Shown here in pieces: positions 60,001 to 63,352 of a stretch of 63,352 nucleotides of DNA. The first letter of the stretch is position 1, and each line of letters opens with the position of its first letter. Where the stretch lies: positions 1 through 63,352 of the forward strand of contig JAHIUF010000031.1 of NCBI GenBank assembly GCA_018817005.1. Reading direction: 5' to 3'. This DNA comes from Nanobdellota archaeon (lineage in GTDB: Archaea > Nanobdellota > Nanobdellia > Woesearchaeales > GCA-2686295). Made by a program: the position numbers and the translations under genes. The notes under the pieces are model-generated. The model was not told the DNA's origin, did not search any database, and saw only the letters and a program-made list of their open reading frames with translations.

Positions 60001-63000
60001 CTGATGTTGCAACATAAGAACTATAGTTCGCGGCAGATCCCAAAGGAACATCTCTGGTAAAAGTTATCTTGATATTGCCTTCCAAGTCTCTTGTTATGCC
60101 TCTTTTTGAACTAGTAGTAATAGCACTATAATATGAGTTATTGACAAATACCAGTTCAGCGAATTTACTTCCTGCTCCATCACCCTCAAGGTCAGTAACA
60201 TTCTTCACATCGCCCCAATCAGCAAAGTTTCCATCTATTGCAATTTCATCACTTTCAGTTAAATTTAGGTAAGGTGCAAACCATGTTTCCTGAGAATTAT
60301 CAATCTCTCCTATAGAGTTATTAACCCATATTGTTATGATGTAAGTTCCTGTTGGGTAAAATTGTGCAGTAACAGTGTCGTTCCAATAAATATCTCCGCT
60401 GCCACCATTTGTTAAGGTTGCATTCTGCCAGCTTGTTTCATTTGGATAATATATTTGGGCGATAACAGTGTCAACGCTGCCTGACAAGGTTGTTATGTTG
60501 GCTGTTATGTTAACATTTGTCCCATTCAGTATTTTTTGAGGAGCAGCATTTGCGTCTGACACAACTAAAGAACTCTGAATAATAATACTTGAATTCAACC
60601 AAGAACTATTAAATATTCCATCGTTTGCTAAGCAGCTTAGGGTCCAGTTTTCTCCGGCACTAGTTAAAGAGTCACTAACATTGGCCACATTAACTTCTAC
60701 TCCTTGTGTGTAGTTGTCCCCAGAGTTGTTTGCCCAACCACTTGAATTCAATGTGTTGTCTTTATACCATTTATAATAATAACTAACATCATCTCCATCA
60801 GCGTCTGTTGCGTTACAATAACCAACCAGCGTATCATTAATGTATGCTGTTGTTGGACTTATCCTTGAACTGTTCATTACAGGAGCATAGTTTGTAGTGT
60901 AGTTTATCTCACACCATATCTTATCAATCCAAACAGCATCATTTGGTGCTCCAGGGTCAAGGTTAACAATCCTGATATGCAGGTTGTTGACGTCTGTTGT
61001 TTGGAAGTCAGGGTCTGTTTGTAAGTCTGTAGCGCTTACAATAGTATCAGGACCTGATTCATCAGCAGGCATGCTGACAGTAGAGCCAAGCTGGTTTCCG
61101 CTTCTGTCATCATAAACATAAAAGTTACCGCAGGGGTTAGGTGCTCCGCCTTCATTTATGTACTCAACAAAACATGACAAGTTATTAACAGTCGAAATGA
61201 AATTTGAAACATCGCTTAGTTCAACAATTAACTCTTCACTCCTATCTGGACAGCCGGCATCCCAACTGTCTGTTCGTGAATCATCACTTACAGTTATTAA
61301 AGCAACACCTGTGGATGTCAATGCACTAGCAAGAGGGCATTGTGAGTCTATATCTACAATTGGTAGGAGTGTTTCTATGATTGGCGCATCGCTTGCTATT
61401 TGCCATTGTCTTGCTTCTGTCCATTCACCAATTTCAAGAGCGCCTAATATGTAGAATTCTGGGCTTTTGTCTGGTGCATCAAACTCATAGTTTATTTCAT
61501 ATGTTTCTCCTTTCTTAAGCTGTTTGTTCCAAGTAAGTTTTTTTGTGTCTCCGACAGTTGTTATGCTTAAGTCTTGTTGTGGTGTTATTTCAAAGTTTGC
61601 TGGTACATACTCTGTTATTTCTCCGTTATGATTCTTATTTGCTTTTATTGTGAAATTAATCATATACTTTGCTGGTGGATATATTCTTGTTGGTCCTTTT
61701 CTTACAACATCATAATCTGGTTTTTCTTCTACTTGGAAGTTGTCTGTTATATTTCTTTCACCATTTCTTGTCAAGGCAGTTAGAATCATTTCATATAATC
61801 CTGTGTTGGTTGTATTGTAATAAGTGTAGTAATCGGGCATATTTGTAACTCCGTAATATTCACATTCTGGACTTATAATTATGCTTTCTTCAGAAGTCGA
61901 TAATGTTATTGTTTCATTGTCAGGACTTGTTATTTCTAACAATACTTCTGCGTCACAAACCATTCTTCCTTCATCGTCTAATACGGCTATTCCTATGTTT
62001 GCAGTTTCATTTTCAAGATAGATGCTTTTGTGTGTGTTTATTGCTAGTACTCCCCATGTGAAGTCTTGCTCTACAATGTATGTTTCACCATCTTTTATTA
62101 ACTCTATTTTTAGTGTGTATTTTCCTGGTTTAAAACTTCGTTGTGTTGGTATCTCGATTCTGAACTTTCCTTCTCTGTCTCTGATTATTTCTGGTTGTAA
62201 ACTTATTTTGTGTCCTTTTTTACTGTAAATTTCTATAGTTACTTCTTGTTTTTCATCAATATATTTTTCTTTGTGTTTTTCAAGGTCTATTTTTAGGTCT
62301 TTGTCTTTTATTTTTTCATATTCTGCTTTGTTTATATATTCATATTCAAACTCTGGTTTTTCTTTTAAGCTAAAGTGTTTCTTGCTTGTTATCTTCGGAG
62401 TTATGTTTATGGTTTCATTCAATAACTCTTCTTGTTCTTCAGCTAGAACTTCTATGTTAAATTCATTGCTTCTTACAAGTTCTTCTCCGTCTGTTGCATA
62501 CACATACATTGAGTAGTTTCCGGTGTTGTTTGATGTGAATGTTATCATATTTTCTTCCACTATTGTTTTTATTTCTGCAACTTCTTTTGCATCATAAGTT
62601 AATTTATCGCCGTCAGAATCGTAGAAGTACTCTGATAAGTTTATCGTATAATTGTTATTTGTTATGAATATATCTGATATTTCTTTTATTTGTTGTGGTG
62701 CATTATTTTCTATAAGTATTTGATAGGTTATGTTGTTTAGTATTACCGTTGCATTTTCTACTTCAATTATTATGGTGATATTTGCGCCAATGTTTTCTAG
62801 GAGGCAGGTTTCTTTGCATTCTTTATTAAAAATTATTATTGTTTGCGCTTCTATTAAGGTTTCATTTATTATTTCTGTATGATTTGTCTCACTAATATTC
62901 AAGATTATTGAGTCAGTAATTATTTGTGTTTCATTTTCTTCACTGATATTTATTATAATTGTTGTATTTGAAGTTTCATTAAAAGTTATGTTTTGATAAC

Positions 63001-63352
63001 TAATATTAGTGGTTATAATCTCTGTAAAGTTTTCCAATATTTGCTGTGTTATATTTAAACTTGCGTTTATAGAAATATTTGAGGTTATGTTTTGAGATAC
63101 ACTTTCTATTGTGATATTTATTGTTTGATTAATGGTTTCATTCAAAACTATTGTTAAATTTTCTGAGGTTTTATTTGTTTCATTAATAATTATTGTTTTG
63201 TTAATAGTTATAGTTTCATTTTCGATTGTTTCATTGAAATCTTCTGATACATTTATGGTAAGATTAATTGTTGTTGTGTTTAATGTTTGGTTTGTCTCAA
63301 TCACTTCTTGAGTTATATTTTTCAAATCGCTTTCATTTATTAACTCATCAAA
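54068..63352 (-). CDS. giant modular surface protein/adhesin (5' end outside window)
   Basis: Frame open to the window edge (the track's start is an internal TTG); Ig-like, beta-propeller and two NosD/parallel beta-helix regions; dense N-x-T/S sequons. Confidence 0.9.
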   Translation of the reverse strand, partial: FDELINESDLKNITQEVIETNQTLNTTTINLTINVSEDFNETIENETITINKTIIINETNKTSENLTIVLNETINQTINITIESVSQNITSNISINASLNITQQILENFTEIITTNISYQNITFNETSNTTIIINISEENETQIITDSIILNISETNHTEIINETLIEAQTIIIFNKECKETCLLENIGANITIIIEVENATVILNNITYQILIENNAPQQIKEISDIFITNNNYTINLSEYFYDSDGDKLTYDAKEVAEIKTIVEENMITFTSNNTGNYSMYVYATDGEELVRSNEFNIEVLAEEQEELLNETINITPKITSKKHFSLKEKPEFEYEYINKAEYEKIKDKDLKIDLEKHKEKYIDEKQEVTIEIYSKKGHKISLQPEIIRDREGKFRIEIPTQRSFKPGKYTLKIELIKDGETYIVEQDFTWGVLAINTHKSIYLENETANIGIAVLDDEGRMVCDAEVLLEITSPDNETITLSTSEESIIISPECEYYGVTNMPDYYTYYNTTNTGLYEMILTALTRNGERNITDNFQVEEKPDYDVVRKGPTRIYPPAKYMINFTIKANKNHNGEITEYVPANFEITPQQDLSITTVGDTKKLTWNKQLKKGETYEINYEFDAPDKSPEFYILGALEIGEWTEARQWQIASDAPIIETLLPIVDIDSQCPLASALTSTGVALITVSDDSRTDSWDAGCPDRSEELIVELSDVSNFISTVNNLSCFVEYINEGGAPNPCGNFYVYDDRSGNQLGSTVSMPADESGPDTIVSATDLQTDPDFQTTDVNNLHIRIVNLDPGAPNDAVWIDKIWCEINYTTNYAPVMNSSRISPTTAYINDTLVGYCNATDADGDDVSYYYKWYKDNTLNSSGWANNSGDNYTQGVEVNVANVSDSLTSAGENWTLSCLANDGIFNSSWLNSSIIIQSSLVVSDANAAPQKILNGTNVNITANITTLSGSVDTVIAQIYYPNETSWQNATLTNGGSGDIYWNDTVTAQFYPTGTYIITIWVNNSIGEIDNSQETWFAPYLNLTESDEIAIDGNFADWGDVKNVTDLEGDGAGSKFAELVFVNNSYYSAITTSSKRGITRDLEGNIKITFTRDVPLGSAANYSSYVATSADEGNTWTFEMISELDLSVNSASTQTIVIDSQENIWVFWSDAANTGQTYPDDVYYNFYNSSASTWKGEQAMPDMIVADRESVPSIGIDSNDNLHVSYSDRAGGLWKIGYRYYNLSSGTWSALDSLSGNSFIANQNLVIDRDNNVHISYRDIDADSDATIAYRFRNASSGTWNAAEWAGDQTQLDQATSDNSIVVDSQKTAHILYYQDEDIGDIATLRYSKRYFNGTWEKGLNLSELDFGTGGGGVYYNTFWISADIEDNIYAMYKKGDNIYYRKYDNATAIWETEVQLITGAIYSGLRPAFATWPEKLRNDKQIDYVVTQGSAAPYNLTYNRLDLIKDNFDIKTIGLANNQNNLFIMMELNNSFDYNSSNIRHHRVFISNDDSTGTNITPDSNLALPFKYDYMIEAFNSTLWRIYNSSDDYVANATAATNDSLVEISVTLSDLDISSDDNINLTFETGSYINRYDLTPDYNSFISYTIESPSNTAPVISSVWSTPASPTETDSITIKINVSDSNSGQTMNCSLSGDLTGSNTTTTNGENLTINISIGTQSAGTHYYNITCSDGTANDTSLNNNVTVTTTGDLCNAPVSGNWDVTSTESCSDQTITMNGNVTITGSLTLDNITLIMNSSTNGEFVINNTGTLNINNSNITSGYKNGTTNYEWWNFAGSSLRIENTDITYLGYYGDSTEPVMHRGLYIGTNNSLVKNNRINSVTYFTYGVYIYGGYFNNITGNNVTMNPTLGSGDRNYGIALRDNANNNTIINNRIITTRHYSPGIYLRTASNNNLSNNIITVSTGNDGTNGITIEVDSLNNYISYNNITTTSGMAISISSSAGQTLKNNLLNPTTYYDINIAGSTKDHFNQSIDTTNKINNKTIYYYFNEQDTTIKNTLDIGIMYLAWSNNVTITNNTFDLRGLRLYYTHNTSIDSNNFNSSTNYGWNDMIRLQASNYNNISNNNITLEASLYSRGIYLEQNNYFNKIINNTIKVYSYRSPAVQIRISDNNTLTNNNITTYRPIQDLVHSTPIRFTTAFDNVLINNFLKANDINTYDIYSESTGRNYIINNTFNKTKVNFSNAASKIYVQWYLDVNVTDVSGAVENANVTGYNNTNNEVFSELTTDTGFIVRQTLTEYVQNYTGKYYETNYTINTTANNYVNDSRQVNLTNSMQIDIVLTQLNLTPTITGVWSTPTSPTNTDSITIKINVTDNNTEETMNCSLSGDLTGSNTTTTNGGNLTINISIGTQSAGTYYYNVTCSDGTANDTSLNNNVTVTTTCPAYGNMIVVCQAGGCCNATTIQEGINLASQNWEVRVIDSETYNEDIIINKTINLTSNATIKPTINGTGNKHTVNITAHNTKLSRFIIRNFGEIDSINNVFSTNYDNLTIENNQILRRSNANYPYGMSIKYSKNNIIRHNSFSINSTNAGTTYPVGIYLLYNNNTLVYNNTIRTIGGSGYAIYLRRTNHTNISHNHLEPKSTSVHFSHGIMMYEWVYHNNIEYNTINILSQDLGVSYGLYLWNDVDYNNFNYNNITASADQARPVFLKTGADNNNFSNNIIFTSGGNTNTLLIGDTSADDCNNNNFRNNIFNCTETDCWNIKIEYSENNTFYNDKIYGPGTYHIVIADADGPEDINTFINVTYDKSKTGLSSGHNGATIVFKWYLDVNVSNSSGAIEGANITGYNNTNNEIFSELTAATGFITRQTLTEYTQNYTNKLYQTNYTLNTTADGYTSDSRDVNLTESKQINILLTATPSNTAPTITSVQSLSAQNPTDGTTTSVEINFTVQDTDSNHNHTSTSVSFTKDAVSRTGTCSNNTLDSENVTYNCSVDMQYYDLPGSWTINVSIEDDEGESAYNDTTTFTYNYLYAFRLEKASISFSSAVPGTQGLNASDDPQILNNTGNANFTYVNITGYDLAFGANRIGFGNFTVNATVDSAGFKVGSNNLISGATLPRNSTQYLYIWLDLPTSLLNGTYTTNSTTQWLIEAYN
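56202..56385. repeat. 184-bp intragenic direct repeat (second copy at 58269-58452)
   Basis: About 9 mismatches by manual alignment; encodes NCSLSGDLTGSNTTT...NVTVTT. Confidence 0.85.

Noticed and set aside
1002..62516. Many 60-150 aa antisense or overlapping ORFs in the track
   Set aside because: Shadows of well-supported genes, with no RBS/TATA and biased composition
63323..63325. Start codon of the giant ORF as given in the track
   Set aside because: Internal TTG; the frame stays open to the window edge and no signal peptide is seen
21600..63352. Strand-composition switch suggesting an origin or terminus
   Set aside because: A/C versus G/T richness flips several times by eye; needs a computed skew, and there is no cdc6/orc1 or ORB motif

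Overview
AT-rich archaeal chromosome segment, most likely DPANN (Woesearchaeota-like). Support: intron-containing tRNAs, TATA boxes ~25 nt before leaderless starts, GGTGA ribosome-binding sites, HerA/Mre11, TYW3 and a single-OB SSB. In order it carries: tRNA-Thr(TGT); an XPB-like helicase; a PadR-regulated MacB-type ABC exporter; glnA/Lrp; a glycogen cluster (GH133, NDP-sugar pyrophosphorylase, GalT-like, GT3, GH57, GT4); a KaiC-like ATPase with a beta-propeller; herA-mre11; an asnS / bacterial-type aspS / gatBCA region; a type IV pilus-like ATPase/platform module; tRNA-Phe(GAA); and a surface-protein cluster ending in a >3000-aa protein that runs out of the window. Top candidates for undescribed biology: (1) an unannotated, leaderless, Asn-rich 25-aa uORF with mutually exclusive hairpins ahead of a probably non-discriminating aspS (candidate archaeal leader-peptide control); (2) a WxL/fimbria-like cluster in which a giant adhesin and a small secreted protein share a C-terminal domain next to two membrane anchors; (3) an 'HV-x3-KNDF-x2-W' (DUF5752-like) domain in five copies, linking the glycogen genes to the cytoplasmic tails of those anchors. 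All family assignments are by motif recognition; no searches were run.
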